A stretch of DNA of 64,000 bases, taken from the NCBI RefSeq assembly GCF_047971885.1, contig NZ_JBKEAE010000183.1:1504-65503 (forward strand). The letters run 5' to 3'. Every line of letters starts with the position of its first letter. Position 1 is the stretch's first letter. Below are positions 19,734 to 29,760 of this stretch, piece by piece. The notes below the pieces were generated by a model, which was not told where the DNA came from, did no database searches, and saw only the letters and a program-made list of their open reading frames with translations. This DNA comes from Tropicimonas sp. (GTDB lineage: Bacteria; Pseudomonadota; Alphaproteobacteria; Rhodobacterales; Rhodobacteraceae). Both the position numbers and the translations under genes were made by a program.

Positions 19734-20453
19734 TCACTCACCCGCCCAGACCGTGACTACCTTTCGCAGCGATTCCTCGATCTGTCCGCCGCAATAGGCA
19801 TCGCCCCAGCGCGCATCACAGCTTTTGCGCATCGCGGCGATTTCCGGCAGGCTTGCGATGCGCCGGCTCAGCGCGGCGACGGCGGGGGCGCTGCGTTCCA
19901 GCAAGGGCCCGAGCGGCGGCAGCTTGTCCGTCATGGTGAACCAAAGGGCGGCGGTTGCCAGATCGGCGAGCGAGGGCGCGTGCGAGCCCAGCATGTGGCC
20001 CGCCGTTTCGCTCAGCCCGTGGCGGCGGCCGGTCTCCTCGAATATCGCCATCCAGCGCGGCAGCCGGCCGGCGGCAAATTCATTCCACCCTTCCTGTGTC
20101 CACATTGCGCGCCCGCAATTGCAGGTGATTTCCTCAAGCACATCGCTGGCATCGCCGATGATCTTGTGCACCAGGGCGTCGGCTGCCGGCGCGCCTGGAA
20201 ACAGCCCGTGTTGCCGCCCGAGATAGCCGAGGATGGCGGGAAGCTGACTGAGCCACAGATCGCCCGCGTGGTGATGCAGCAATGGTGGTGCCATGAACGG
20301 AACGGGTTGCCGGGCGGCGGGCTGATCCTTGAGCGCCAGCATCTCCGCCACCGGCGGTTCGTCCCAGGTCTGGCGGCAGTGGACCAGAAGATAGCGAACG
20401 AAATGGCCGCGGAACGGGATCGGCCAGTAGTAGAGCGTGTAATCTGTCGGCAT
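19734..20453 (-). CDS. Glutathione S-transferase family protein
   Basis: 239 aa with an N-terminal thioredoxin-like fold signature (YTLYYWPIPFRGHFVRYLL). Family-level call only. Confidence 0.6.
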   Translation of the reverse strand: MPTDYTLYYWPIPFRGHFVRYLLVHCRQTWDEPPVAEMLALKDQPAARQPVPFMAPPLLHHHAGDLWLSQLPAILGYLGRQHGLFPGAPAADALVHKIIGDASDVLEEITCNCGRAMWTQEGWNEFAAGRLPRWMAIFEETGRRHGLSETAGHMLGSHAPSLADLATAALWFTMTDKLPPLGPLLERSAPAVAALSRRIASLPEIAAMRKSCDARWGDAYCGGQIEESLRKVVTVWAGE

Positions 20454-20487
20454 TGCCGCCTCCCTTGCGCTGATTGCCGGCGATGGC

Positions 20488-21942
20488 CTAGCGGCGGCGG
20501 ATCGCGATATTCTTGGTCTGCACGTAGTTCAGCAGTGCTTCGCGCCCTTTTTCCCGGCCATAGCCCGATTTTCCCCAGCCGCCGAACGGCGTTTCGACCC
20601 CGCCCGCGTACCATTCGTTGACAAAGACCTGACCGGCGCGCAGCCGTTTCGCCGCCGCCGTTGCCCGGTCCAGATCGCTGGTGAAAACCCCGCCGACTAG
20701 CCCGTATTGCGTAGCGTTGGCGATCTCGATCGCCTCGTCGTCGTCGCGGAAACCGAGCACCGACAGCACGGGGCCGAAAATCTCGGTCCGGGCGATCTTC
20801 ATCTCCTGCGTGACCTCGGTCAGCATGGTGGGCTGGTAGAAGGCGCCGATGTGATCCTTTGGCCGGCGTCCGCCGGTGGCCAGGTTGGCGCCGTCGGAAA
20901 TGGCCTCGGTCACCATCAGTTCTACCCGGTCGCGCTGCAATTCGCCGACCATCGCCCCCATGTTGGCGCCGAATTCCGCCCGGTCGATCCCCGGCCCGAC
21001 CGAGAGCGATTCCGCCATTTCGGCGATACGGTCGACCAGTTCGTCATGGCAGCTTTCGTGCACGATCACGCGCGACATGGCCGAGCAGACCTGCCCGGCA
21101 TTGAGGAAAATCCCCCAGCGGACATCGTCGACAAAGGCGTCGAGATCGGCATCCTCGTGCACGATGGCCGCCGATTTCCCCCCCAGTTCGAGCACGCAGG
21201 GCACGATGTTGAGCGCCGCCGCCTTGGCGACCGAAACCCCGGTCGGCACCGAGCCGGTAAAGACGATCTGGTTCACATCCGGATGCCCGGCCAGCGCGGC
21301 GCCGGCCTCGCGCCCGTAGCCGCACAGGATGTTGAGCGCGCCGGTCGGCAGCCCGGCGGCCTCGGCGGCGCGGCCCAGCCAGGCGCTGCTGAGCGGGGTA
21401 AGCTCGGCCGATTTGACCACACAGGCATTGCCCATCGCCAGTGCCGGCGCAAGCGAACGCGCGGCCAGTTCCAGCGGAAAGTTCCATGGAATGATCTGCG
21501 CCGAAACCCCGTGCGGTTCGTGGACGGTAAAGTCGAAATACCTTCCCCCCAGGGGAATGGAACGCCCCTCGACCGCTTCGGCCTGATTGGCGAAATACTC
21601 GAAATAGCGGGCTGCCCCGTGAACCTCGACCCGGGATTCCCACAGCGGCTTGCCCTGTTCCAGCGTCAGGACAGGTGCGATTTCGTCTGCATGATCAAGA
21701 AGATGGCGGCCCATCGCGCGCAGTATCCGGCTGCGGTCGACCGGGTGGAGGTCGCGCAGTTCGCCCGACAGGTGCACCTGTCTTGCGGCTTGCACGGCAT
21801 GATCGATATCGGTCGCATCGGCAAGCGCATGTTCGGCCAGAACCTCGCCGGTCGCCGGGTTCGTCACCGCGATCCGGCCGGCGCCACCGTCGACCCATTC
21901 CCCGTCTATATAGTTCTGCCAGAACTCGTTGATCTCAGTCAT
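20488..21942 (-). CDS. NAD(P)-dependent aldehyde dehydrogenase
   Basis: 484 aa from MTEINEFWQNYIDGEWVDGG. Motifs FTGS...G, ELGGKS and catalytic-Cys context NAGQVCSA. Confidence 0.9.
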   Translation of the reverse strand: MTEINEFWQNYIDGEWVDGGAGRIAVTNPATGEVLAEHALADATDIDHAVQAARQVHLSGELRDLHPVDRSRILRAMGRHLLDHADEIAPVLTLEQGKPLWESRVEVHGAARYFEYFANQAEAVEGRSIPLGGRYFDFTVHEPHGVSAQIIPWNFPLELAARSLAPALAMGNACVVKSAELTPLSSAWLGRAAEAAGLPTGALNILCGYGREAGAALAGHPDVNQIVFTGSVPTGVSVAKAAALNIVPCVLELGGKSAAIVHEDADLDAFVDDVRWGIFLNAGQVCSAMSRVIVHESCHDELVDRIAEMAESLSVGPGIDRAEFGANMGAMVGELQRDRVELMVTEAISDGANLATGGRRPKDHIGAFYQPTMLTEVTQEMKIARTEIFGPVLSVLGFRDDDEAIEIANATQYGLVGGVFTSDLDRATAAAKRLRAGQVFVNEWYAGGVETPFGGWGKSGYGREKGREALLNYVQTKNIAIRRR

Positions 21943-22104
21943 CGCGTCTGCATCCCGCCCGTCCGTTGACGCACATCTCATAAGCCGTTTTGATGAGACC
22001 GAATGCAATATCTTCGATGCGGCGCGAACCGGTCCGGGCGTGGCCGCGGCACAAAAAAGGACCGCCGAAGCGATCCCTGAGAATTGCGCCGAAAATAAGC
22101 TTTC

Positions 22105-22179
22105 TGGAGCGGGCGATGAGATTCGAACTCACGACCCTTACCTTGGCAAGGTAATGCTCTACCCCTGAGCTACGCCCGC
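22105..22179 (-). tRNA. tRNA-Gly (anticodon GCC)
   Basis: The reverse complement reads GCGGGCGTAGCTCAGGGGTAGAGCATTACCTTGCCAAGGTAAGGGTCGTGAGTTCGAATCTCATCGCCCGCTCCA, with anticodon loop TTGCCAA. Confidence 0.9.
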
Positions 22180-22296
22180 ATCCGGAAGTGAGCGGGATTT
22201 AACGACCCGTGCCGGCGGCTTCAAGGGGAAAATCCGGCGCATGCGAATTTTCCCCGTCCGGGCGGCGCCCCGTTGCCAGGGAAGGGCCAAAGGGGA

Positions 22297-25200
22297 TCAC
22301 TCGAACTCGATCAGCAGATCCTTGGCGTCCACCTGTTCGCCGGGATGGACATGAACCGCCCTGACCACGCCATCGGAATCCGCATGGATGCCGGTTTCCA
22401 TCTTCATCGCCTCGATGGTGACCATCAGGTCGCCGACCGAAACCTTCTGTCCGACATGCACACCGAGCGAGGCGATGACGCCGGGCATCGGGGCGCCGAC
22501 CTGTCGCGGGTCGCCCACGGTAACCTTGGTGCGGGCCGGTATGGCGCTTTTTACCTTGCGGTCGGGCACGCGGATGGTGCGTGGCTCTCCGTTCAGTTCG
22601 AAGAAAACCTTGGCCTCGCCTTCCTCGTTGGTTTCCGAGACCGCCTGCATGCTGATTTCCAGCGTCTTGCCCGGCCCGATGGCCGGGGTGATCTGCTCGC
22701 TCGGCTCCATTCCATAAAAGAAAGTATGTGTCGGCAGTACCCGCACCGGCCCGTATTCCTCGTTGCGGCGCAGGTAGGCGGTGAAGACCTTGGGATACAT
22801 CAGGTAGCCGTTCAGATCCTCGTCGTCGATCTCGCGGTTGTCGAACTCGGCCGAGAGCCCGGCGCGCGCCGCTTCCAGATCGACATCGTCGACCAGAGAG
22901 CCGGGGCGCACCGTGATCGGGGTTTCGCCCTTCAGGATCCTGGCCTGAAGCGCCGGCGGCCATCCACCCGGCGGCTGGCCGAGGCTGCCGCGCATCATGT
23001 CGACGACCGAATCGGGAAAGGCCACGTCGCGCGCGGGGTCTTCGACCTCGGTGCGGGTCAGGCCCTGGCTGACCATCATCAGGGCCATGTCGCCCACCAC
23101 CTTGGACGATGGGGTGACCTTCACGATGTCGCCGAACATCTGGTTCGCCTCGGCATAGGCATGGGCGACCTCGTGCCAGCGCTCCTCGAGCCCGACGCTG
23201 CGCGCCTGCGCCTTGAGGTTGGTGAACTGTCCGCCGGGCATCTCGTGCAGGTAGACCTCGGAGGCCGGGGCCTGCATGCCGCTCTCGAAGGCGACGTACT
23301 GGGCGCGGACGGCTTCGAAATAGTTCGAGATCCGGCGCACTTCCTCGATGTCGAGCCCGGTATCGCGTTCGTCATGCGCCAGCGCCTCGACAATCGTGCC
23401 GAGCGTCGCCTGACTGGTGCCGCCCGAAAAGGAATCCATCGCGCAGTCGACGGCATCGACCCCCGCCTCGGAGGCGGCGAGGATCGTGGCGCAGGAAATG
23501 CCGGCGGTATCGTGGGTGTGCAGGTGCACCGGCAGGCCGATCTCTTGCTTGAGCGCCCTGACCAGAACCCGCGCCGCAGCCGGTTTCAGCAGCCCGGCCA
23601 TGTCCTTGAGGCCGAGGATATGGGCGCCCGCATCCTTAAGTTCCCGCGCCATCCCGACGTAATAACGCAGATCGTATTTCGCGCGCTCGGTGTTCTGGAT
23701 ATCGCCGGTGTAGCAGACCGTGCCTTCCAGAACCTTGCCCTGCTCCAGCACCGCGTCCATTGCCACGCGCATGTTCTCGACCCAGTTCAGGCTGTCGAAG
23801 ACGCGGAACAGGTCGACACCCGAATCCGCCGCCTGCCCGACGAAGAAGCGCACCACGTTGTCGGGGTAGTTGGTGTATCCGACGCCGTTCGCCCCGCGCA
23901 GCAGCATCTGCGTCATCAGGTTGGGCATCGTTTGGCGCAGTTCGCGCAACCGCTGCCACGGGCACTCCTGAAGGAAGCGATAGGCCACGTCGAAGGTGGC
24001 GCCACCCCAGCATTCGACGCTGAAAAGCTGCGGCAGGTTGGCGGCATAGGCCGGGGCGACGCGGATCATGTCGATCGAACGCATCCGTGTCGCCAGAAGG
24101 CTCTGATGGCCATCGCGCATCGTGGTGTCGGTGATCAGCAGGCGTTTCTGTCCGGTCATCCAGTCGGCAACGGCCTGCGGCCCGAATTCTTCGAGGATAT
24201 TACGCGTTCCCGGCTGCGGAGAATGCGTTTTCGGCGCCGGCGGCACCGGTTCGCGCGCCTCGGCCGGCGGTCTGGGGCGCCCGGCGACATCGGGGTGCCC
24301 GTTGACCGTGATATCGGCGATATAGCGCAAAAGCTTGGTCGCCCGGTCCTTGCGGCGCGGGAAATGGAACAGCTCCGGCGTCTCGTCAATGAACTTGGTA
24401 TGATAGTCGTTGCCGAGGAACTTCGGATGGGCCAGCAGGGTTTCGACGAACTGGATATTCGTCGCCACGCCGCGCACGCGGAATTCGCGCAGGGTGCGGG
24501 TCATGCGGGCGATCGCGTCCTCGGGGGTGGGCGCCCAGATGGTCAGCTTGGCCAGCAGCGAATCGTAATGGCGGGTGATGACGGCGCCGGTATAGGCGGT
24601 GCCGCCATCGAGCCGGACCCCCATGCCGGCCGGGCTGCGATAGCCGGTGATGCGGCCGTAATCGGGGATGAAGTTGTTGCGCGGATCCTCGGTGGTGATC
24701 CGGCATTGCATGGCGTGGCCATCGAGCGTGACGTCGTATTGCGAGGCGATGCCGGTGGCCTCGGTCAGGCTCTTGCCCTCGGTGATCAGGATCTGGGCGC
24801 GGACGATATCGATGCCGGTCACTTCCTCGGTCACCGTATGCTCGACCTGGATGCGCGGATTGACCTCGATGAAATAGAACTCGCCCGTTTCCATATCCAT
24901 CAGGAACTCGACCGTGCCGGCGCATTGATAGCCGACATGCTCGCAGATGCGCTTGCCCAGATTGCACAGTTTCTCGCGCTGCGCGGCGGAGAGATAGGGC
25001 GCCGGCGCGCGCTCGACGACCTTCTGGGAACGGCGCTGCACCGAGCAGTCGCGCTCCCACAGGTGATAGATCCGCCCCTGCCGGTCGCCCAGTATCTGGA
25101 CCTCGACATGGCGGGCGCGGGTGATCATCTTCTCCAGAAAGCCCTCGCCATTGCCAAAGGCGGCCTCGGCCTCGCGGCGGCCCTCCAGCACCTTGTCGAC

Positions 25201-25740
25201 CAGTTCGGCCTCCGACAGGATCGGGCGCATGCCGCGCCCGCCGCCGCCCCAGCTTGCCTTGAGCATCAAGGGATAGCCGATTTCGGCGGCCTGGCGCTTC
25301 ACGTCCTCCAGGTCGTCGCCCAGAACCTCGGTTGCCGGGATGACCGGCACGCCGGCCTCGATGGCCACCCTGCGGGCGCTGGCCTTGTCGCCAAGCTGGC
25401 GCATGGTCTGCGCCAGCGGGCCGATGAAGGCGATGCCCGCTGCCGCGCAGGCGTCGACGAAATCGGGGTTTTCCGACAGCAGCCCGTAGCCCGGATGGAT
25501 CGCATCCGCGCCGCAGTCCCTGGCGACACGGATAATCTCGTCGATCGACAGATAGGCCTGAACCGGGCCAAGCCCCTTGCCGATCCGGTAAGCCTCGTCC
25601 GCCTTGAACCGGTGCAGCGAGAGCTTGTCCTCCTCGGCATAGACGGCGACGGTCCGTTTGCGCAGTTCGGCGGCGGCGCGCATCACGCGGATGGCGATCT
25701 CGCCGCGATTGGCGACGAGGATTTTCCTGAATTCCGGCAT
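22297..25740 (-). CDS. pyc: Pyruvate carboxylase
   Basis: 1147 aa from MPEFRKILVANRGEIAIRVMRAAAEL (biotin carboxylase), followed by a carboxyltransferase domain and a C-terminal biotinyl AMKME motif. Internal start of ORF 22297..25929. Confidence 0.95.
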   Translation of the reverse strand: MPEFRKILVANRGEIAIRVMRAAAELRKRTVAVYAEEDKLSLHRFKADEAYRIGKGLGPVQAYLSIDEIIRVARDCGADAIHPGYGLLSENPDFVDACAAAGIAFIGPLAQTMRQLGDKASARRVAIEAGVPVIPATEVLGDDLEDVKRQAAEIGYPLMLKASWGGGGRGMRPILSEAELVDKVLEGRREAEAAFGNGEGFLEKMITRARHVEVQILGDRQGRIYHLWERDCSVQRRSQKVVERAPAPYLSAAQREKLCNLGKRICEHVGYQCAGTVEFLMDMETGEFYFIEVNPRIQVEHTVTEEVTGIDIVRAQILITEGKSLTEATGIASQYDVTLDGHAMQCRITTEDPRNNFIPDYGRITGYRSPAGMGVRLDGGTAYTGAVITRHYDSLLAKLTIWAPTPEDAIARMTRTLREFRVRGVATNIQFVETLLAHPKFLGNDYHTKFIDETPELFHFPRRKDRATKLLRYIADITVNGHPDVAGRPRPPAEAREPVPPAPKTHSPQPGTRNILEEFGPQAVADWMTGQKRLLITDTTMRDGHQSLLATRMRSIDMIRVAPAYAANLPQLFSVECWGGATFDVAYRFLQECPWQRLRELRQTMPNLMTQMLLRGANGVGYTNYPDNVVRFFVGQAADSGVDLFRVFDSLNWVENMRVAMDAVLEQGKVLEGTVCYTGDIQNTERAKYDLRYYVGMARELKDAGAHILGLKDMAGLLKPAAARVLVRALKQEIGLPVHLHTHDTAGISCATILAASEAGVDAVDCAMDSFSGGTSQATLGTIVEALAHDERDTGLDIEEVRRISNYFEAVRAQYVAFESGMQAPASEVYLHEMPGGQFTNLKAQARSVGLEERWHEVAHAYAEANQMFGDIVKVTPSSKVVGDMALMMVSQGLTRTEVEDPARDVAFPDSVVDMMRGSLGQPPGGWPPALQARILKGETPITVRPGSLVDDVDLEAARAGLSAEFDNREIDDEDLNGYLMYPKVFTAYLRRNEEYGPVRVLPTHTFFYGMEPSEQITPAIGPGKTLEISMQAVSETNEEGEAKVFFELNGEPRTIRVPDRKVKSAIPARTKVTVGDPRQVGAPMPGVIASLGVHVGQKVSVGDLMVTIEAMKMETGIHADSDGVVRAVHVHPGEQVDAKDLLIEFE

Positions 25741-25868
25741 CTGGGGCTCCCTTCGGGCGTCGCGAGAGGTGTACGGCCCTTTCGGGGCATGAACAACACT
25801 CTTGGCCGCTTGCGAACAATTGTAGAACGCATCTTTTCTCCCCGCGACGCATCCACTAGATTGCACGC

Positions 25869-28232
25869 ATGTCAGGCTTTGATGAAACCGATGCCTTCGC
25901 GGCTGCCGTCCCGCTCTCGCAACGCGCAATGGCGGCGCGCACCGCCCCCTATCTGGACGGGCTCAACCCGGCGCAGCGCGAGGCGGTCGAGGCGCTCGAC
26001 GGGCCGGTGCTGATGCTGGCGGGTGCCGGTACGGGCAAGACCCGGGCGCTGACCACCCGCATCGCGCATCTGCTTCATACCGGCAGGGCGCAACCGAACG
26101 GGATCCTGGCTGTCACCTTCACCAACAAGGCCGCCCGCGAGATGAAGGAGCGGGTGGCGAAGCTGCTTGGTCACGCGGTCGAGGGCATGCCGTGGCTCGG
26201 CACCTTCCATGCCATCTGCGTCAGGCTGCTCAGGCGCCACGCGGAACTGGTCGATCTGAAGCCAAATTTCACCATTCTCGATACGGACGATCAACTCCGG
26301 TTGCTCCGGCAGCTTGTGATATCAGCCAATATCGACGAGAAGCGCTGGCCGCCGCGCCAGCTTGCCGGAATCATCGACAACTGGAAAAACCGGGCCTGGA
26401 CGCCGGAAAACGTGCCGGCGGCCGAGGCGGGCGCGTTCGACCACAAGGCGCTTGGCCTTTATTCGGAGTATCAGGCGCGGCTGCGCACGCTGAACGCGGC
26501 CGATTTCGGCGATCTGCTGTTGCATGTCGTCACGATATTCCAGCGGCACGAGGATGTGCTGGCCCGGTACCGCCACCGGTTCGGCTATATTCTGGTCGAC
26601 GAATATCAGGACACCAACGTCGCGCAGTATCTGTGGCTGCGCCTGCTGGCCGGCGGACACCGCAACATCTGCTGTGTCGGCGACGACGATCAGTCAATCT
26701 ATGACTGGCGCGGGGCAGAGGTGGGCAACATCCTGCGGTTTGAGAAGGATTTTCCGGGCGCGCGTGTGATCCGGCTCGAACAGAACTATCGCTCGACCCC
26801 GCATATCCTCGCCGCAGCCTCGGGTGTGATCGCCGCCAACAAGGGCCGGCTCGGCAAGACGCTCTGGACCGAGACGGAGGAGGGCGAGAAGGTTCGCCTG
26901 ATCGGCCATTGGGACGGCGAGGAGGAGGCGCGCTGGATCGGCGAGGAACTTGAGGCGATGGGGCAGGGAACCCGCGGCATGCGCCCCCTCGGGCTCGAGG
27001 ATTGCGCAATCCTGGTGCGCGCCAGCCACCAGATGCGCGCCTTCGAGGACCGGTTCCTGACCATCGGCCTGCCCTATCGGGTGGTCGGCGGGCCGCGGTT
27101 TTACGAACGGCTGGAGATTCGCGATGCGATGGCCTATTTCCGCCTCGCCGTCAGTCCCGATGACGATCTGGCGTTCGAGCGCATCGTCAACACCCCCAGA
27201 CGGGGGCTTGGCGACAAGGCGCAGCAGAAAATCCAGATGGCGGCGCGGGCGAACGGCGTAGGCCTTGTCGACGGTGCGCGGATCCTGCTGGCGGCGAAGG
27301 GGCTGGGCGGCAAGGGTGCGGGCGAACTGTCGCATCTGATCGCCGGCATCGACCGCTGGTCGGCGCTGGCGCGCGACCCGGCGGTCAGCCATGTCGAGCT
27401 TGCCGAGCAGATCCTCGACGAATCCGGCTATACAGCGTTCTGGCAGAACGAAAAGACGCCCGAGGCGCCGGGGCGGCTCGAAAACCTCAAGGAACTGGTC
27501 AAGGCGCTGGAGAGCTTCGACAATCTTCAGGGGTTTCTCGAACATGTCGCCCTGATCATGGACAACGACACCGAGGATGCCGAGGAAAAGGTCACCCTGA
27601 TGACGCTGCACGGCGCCAAGGGGCTGGAGTTTCCCGCCGTTTTCCTGCCCGGCTGGGAGGACGGGCTGTTCCCCAGCCAGCGCGCGATGGACGAGACCGG
27701 GCTCAGGGGGCTCGAGGAAGAGCGGCGCCTGGCCTATGTCGGCATCACCCGTGCCGAGGCGTTGTGCACTATTTCGTTCGCCGCCAACCGGCGGATTTAT
27801 GGCCAGTGGCAATCGGCGCTGCCGTCGCGGTTCATCGACGAGTTGCCACAAGAGCACGTCGAGGTGCTGACCCCGCCGGGGCTTTATGGTGGCGGTTTCG
27901 GCGCAGCGGGCATGGCGCCGCAACAATCCGGCCTTCACGACAGGGCGGGACGGGCGGATGTCTATAACTCGCCGGGCTGGAAACGGATGCAGGCCCGCCG
28001 AGACCAGCGCGGAACGAGCCAGCCGAGGGAAGGCCGGAATGTGGTGATCGACCTTGACGCGGTATCGGCCTTTGCCCGGGGCGACAGGGTTTTCCACCAG
28101 AAATTCGGCTATGGCGCGGTGGTCGCGATCGAAGGGGACAAACTCGAGATCGCGTTCGACAAGGCCGGAACCAAGAATGTCGTGGCGAAATTTGTCGTGC
28201 CGGCGGCCTCTGCCGACGATGTGCCCTTTTGA
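25869..28232 (+). CDS. uvrD: ATP-dependent DNA helicase, UvrD/Rep/PcrA family
   Basis: 787 aa. Walker A AGAGTGKT plus ILVDEYQDTN, VGDDDQSIY, QNYRS and TLHGAKGLEF helicase motifs. Confidence 0.9.
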   Translation: MSGFDETDAFAAAVPLSQRAMAARTAPYLDGLNPAQREAVEALDGPVLMLAGAGTGKTRALTTRIAHLLHTGRAQPNGILAVTFTNKAAREMKERVAKLLGHAVEGMPWLGTFHAICVRLLRRHAELVDLKPNFTILDTDDQLRLLRQLVISANIDEKRWPPRQLAGIIDNWKNRAWTPENVPAAEAGAFDHKALGLYSEYQARLRTLNAADFGDLLLHVVTIFQRHEDVLARYRHRFGYILVDEYQDTNVAQYLWLRLLAGGHRNICCVGDDDQSIYDWRGAEVGNILRFEKDFPGARVIRLEQNYRSTPHILAAASGVIAANKGRLGKTLWTETEEGEKVRLIGHWDGEEEARWIGEELEAMGQGTRGMRPLGLEDCAILVRASHQMRAFEDRFLTIGLPYRVVGGPRFYERLEIRDAMAYFRLAVSPDDDLAFERIVNTPRRGLGDKAQQKIQMAARANGVGLVDGARILLAAKGLGGKGAGELSHLIAGIDRWSALARDPAVSHVELAEQILDESGYTAFWQNEKTPEAPGRLENLKELVKALESFDNLQGFLEHVALIMDNDTEDAEEKVTLMTLHGAKGLEFPAVFLPGWEDGLFPSQRAMDETGLRGLEEERRLAYVGITRAEALCTISFAANRRIYGQWQSALPSRFIDELPQEHVEVLTPPGLYGGGFGAAGMAPQQSGLHDRAGRADVYNSPGWKRMQARRDQRGTSQPREGRNVVIDLDAVSAFARGDRVFHQKFGYGAVVAIEGDKLEIAFDKAGTKNVVAKFVVPAASADDVPF

Positions 28233-28303
28233 CCTGCGACACTTTGTGTGCCATCAATCGTCTGTGACCGGCGGGTGGGTCGGGTGAGTCGCGGAGTGGT
28301 TGC

Positions 28304-28717
28304 ATGAAAATCCTGCTTGTCGAGGACGATCCTAACCTGAGGGCGCTGTGGGGACCGATTTTCGAGGAAGCCGGACATCAGACGTTTCAGGTCGCAACCG
28401 AAGGTTCCGCGCTCGCGGCGCTTCGGACCTCGGATTACGATCTGGTGGTGCTGGACCTGTGCGTTGCCGGGGGCGACACGCTGGGTGTTGCCAGTTACGC
28501 CACCTGCCGCAACCCCGATTGCAGGGTTGTCGTGGTCAGCGGGTCGGCCGCGCATTCCCGCGCAATGTTGTCTGCGGCGGCGCCCGCGGTGACAACCACG
28601 TTGCGCAAACCGGTGGACATAGAGGATCTTGAGGATGCCTGCCGGATCGTCACGCGCACCGCGCGCCGGATGCCGGTTACGGCGCTGATTGCCGCATCTG
28701 CCGAATATCGCCCCTGA
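28304..28717 (+). CDS. Stand-alone response regulator receiver (REC) protein
   Basis: 137 aa. MKILLVEDDPNLR...DLVVLDL...; no output domain. Confidence 0.75.
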   Translation: MKILLVEDDPNLRALWGPIFEEAGHQTFQVATEGSALAALRTSDYDLVVLDLCVAGGDTLGVASYATCRNPDCRVVVVSGSAAHSRAMLSAAAPAVTTTLRKPVDIEDLEDACRIVTRTARRMPVTALIAASAEYRP

Positions 28718-28781
28718 AATCCGTCTCGCGGTTCGCGGCGGCCATCGCCGCCGCGCCTCTGTCTGAACGGATCTGCCCGGA

Positions 28782-29003
28782 TCAGCGAATCTCGTCTGCG
28801 GCCTGAAGCGCAACTTCCCGGATCAGCGATCTGCAGAGCCCGATATCGGCCAGGTCGCGGTCGGTCATCGACGACAGTTCGTTGAAGGTCAGTTGATAGG
28901 CGCGCCGGCGCGCGCGCATCAGTTTCAGCGCTGCGGCCATTCTGGCGAAGCGTCCGGAAAGGCCGTCGAACCGGACGTTCGACGTGTTGGAAACATAGGT
29001 CAT
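28782..29003 (-). CDS. DUF1127 domain protein (paralog 1)
   Basis: 73 aa. C-terminal half ...RRAYQLTFNELSSMTDRDLADIGLCRSLI matches the DUF1127 signature (R...L..LSDR.L.DIG..R). Confidence 0.8.
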   Translation of the reverse strand: MTYVSNTSNVRFDGLSGRFARMAAALKLMRARRRAYQLTFNELSSMTDRDLADIGLCRSLIREVALQAADEIR

Positions 29004-29108
29004 GTGGGTGTCCTTGAAGGGTGGCTGCCCCGGTGTCGTGGAGCGCGCGCTCCGCCCGGGCGGAAGCCGGCGCCGGCGCGTTGCGCGGCATTCCGGCGAT
29101 TGTCTGGC

Positions 29109-29178
29109 GGTGGCGGCATCAGGGAGGAGGAGGACGCCGCCACCTTGTCAGAAAACCCAGGGAGGAGGAGGGGTTTCC
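29109..29178 (-). ncRNA. CcsR/cuckoo-type sRNA unit (unit E): two hairpins with CCUCCUCCC loops
   Basis: Plus strand shows GGTGGCGGC-loop(..GGGAGGAGG..)-GCCGCCACC at 29109-29144 and AAACCC-loop(GGGAGGAGG)-GGGTTT at 29153-29176. Starts 17 nt downstream of the DUF1127 paralog-2 stop on the same strand. Confidence 0.65.
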
Positions 29179-29194
29179 CGATTTCCGTGTCGTT

Positions 29195-29416
29195 TCAGGC
29201 GCCGTAGGCGTTTTCGCGCGCCAGTTCGCGGATCATCGACCGGCTCAGCCCCAGATCGGCCAGCGCCCGATCCGAAAGGCCGGAAAGCTCCCGCACGGTC
29301 TGGCGATAGATCGCGTATTGCGCGTAACGTGCCCTGATCGTTTCCAGCGTGGAGGTAAACCAGTTGCCTTGACCGGCAAGCGCGACGTTGTTCGTTTCGA
29401 ATGTCTTTTCCATCAT
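29195..29416 (-). CDS. DUF1127 domain protein (paralog 2)
   Basis: 73 aa MMEKTFETNN...YRQTVRELSGLSDRALADLGLSRSMIRELARENAYGA. Internal start of ORF 29195..29548. Confidence 0.8.
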   Translation of the reverse strand: MMEKTFETNNVALAGQGNWFTSTLETIRARYAQYAIYRQTVRELSGLSDRALADLGLSRSMIRELARENAYGA

Positions 29417-29467
29417 TCTATCCTTTGTGGTTGCAGCGCCGACCGCGTCACCAATTACACTGCCTTC

Positions 29468-29492
29468 GTTAGCGCTACCTCTTGGCTTCAAG
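29468..29492 (-). promoter_or_regulatory. Putative sigma32/RpoH-like promoter of DUF1127 paralog 2
   Basis: Minus strand reads CTTGAA-N14-CTAACG, about 50 nt upstream of ATG 29416. The same motif with identical spacing recurs at 30512-30536. Confidence 0.4.
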
Positions 29493-29760
29493 ATAGACGG
29501 TGATGCCACCGGTTCAATCCGCATTTCGGCAATGCTGCCATGCAGCAATCGCAGGACTCATGAAACTTCAAGAAACAATCGTATCACTCGAAATTTTATG
29601 AATAATTTTTGAAATATAGCATTCTTGGCATCATTCGCAATCGCAGCATTTTTGCCGGGCGGGGCGAATTTCGGCCGCTCCGCAGCAGGTCGGCAAACGC
29701 ATCCCGGTGCTTGACGAGGCGGGCGTGTCGCCTGTCGGTCCGGGAAGGCAAAGGGAATAC

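Noticed and set aside
22273-26013. 1246-aa plus-strand ORF, the longest in the track
   Set aside because: It lies exactly antisense to pyruvate carboxylase, which has unmistakable biotin carboxylase, carboxyltransferase and biotinyl motifs. Its product is low-complexity and rich in Arg, Gly, Ala and Asp. It is a typical high-GC antisense artefact. The same applies to 1542..3026, 3069..4637, 11555..12838, 13304..14755, 20707..21969, 35935..37848, 40548..41996, 45785..47488, 50785..52266, 56606..57844 and similar ORFs.
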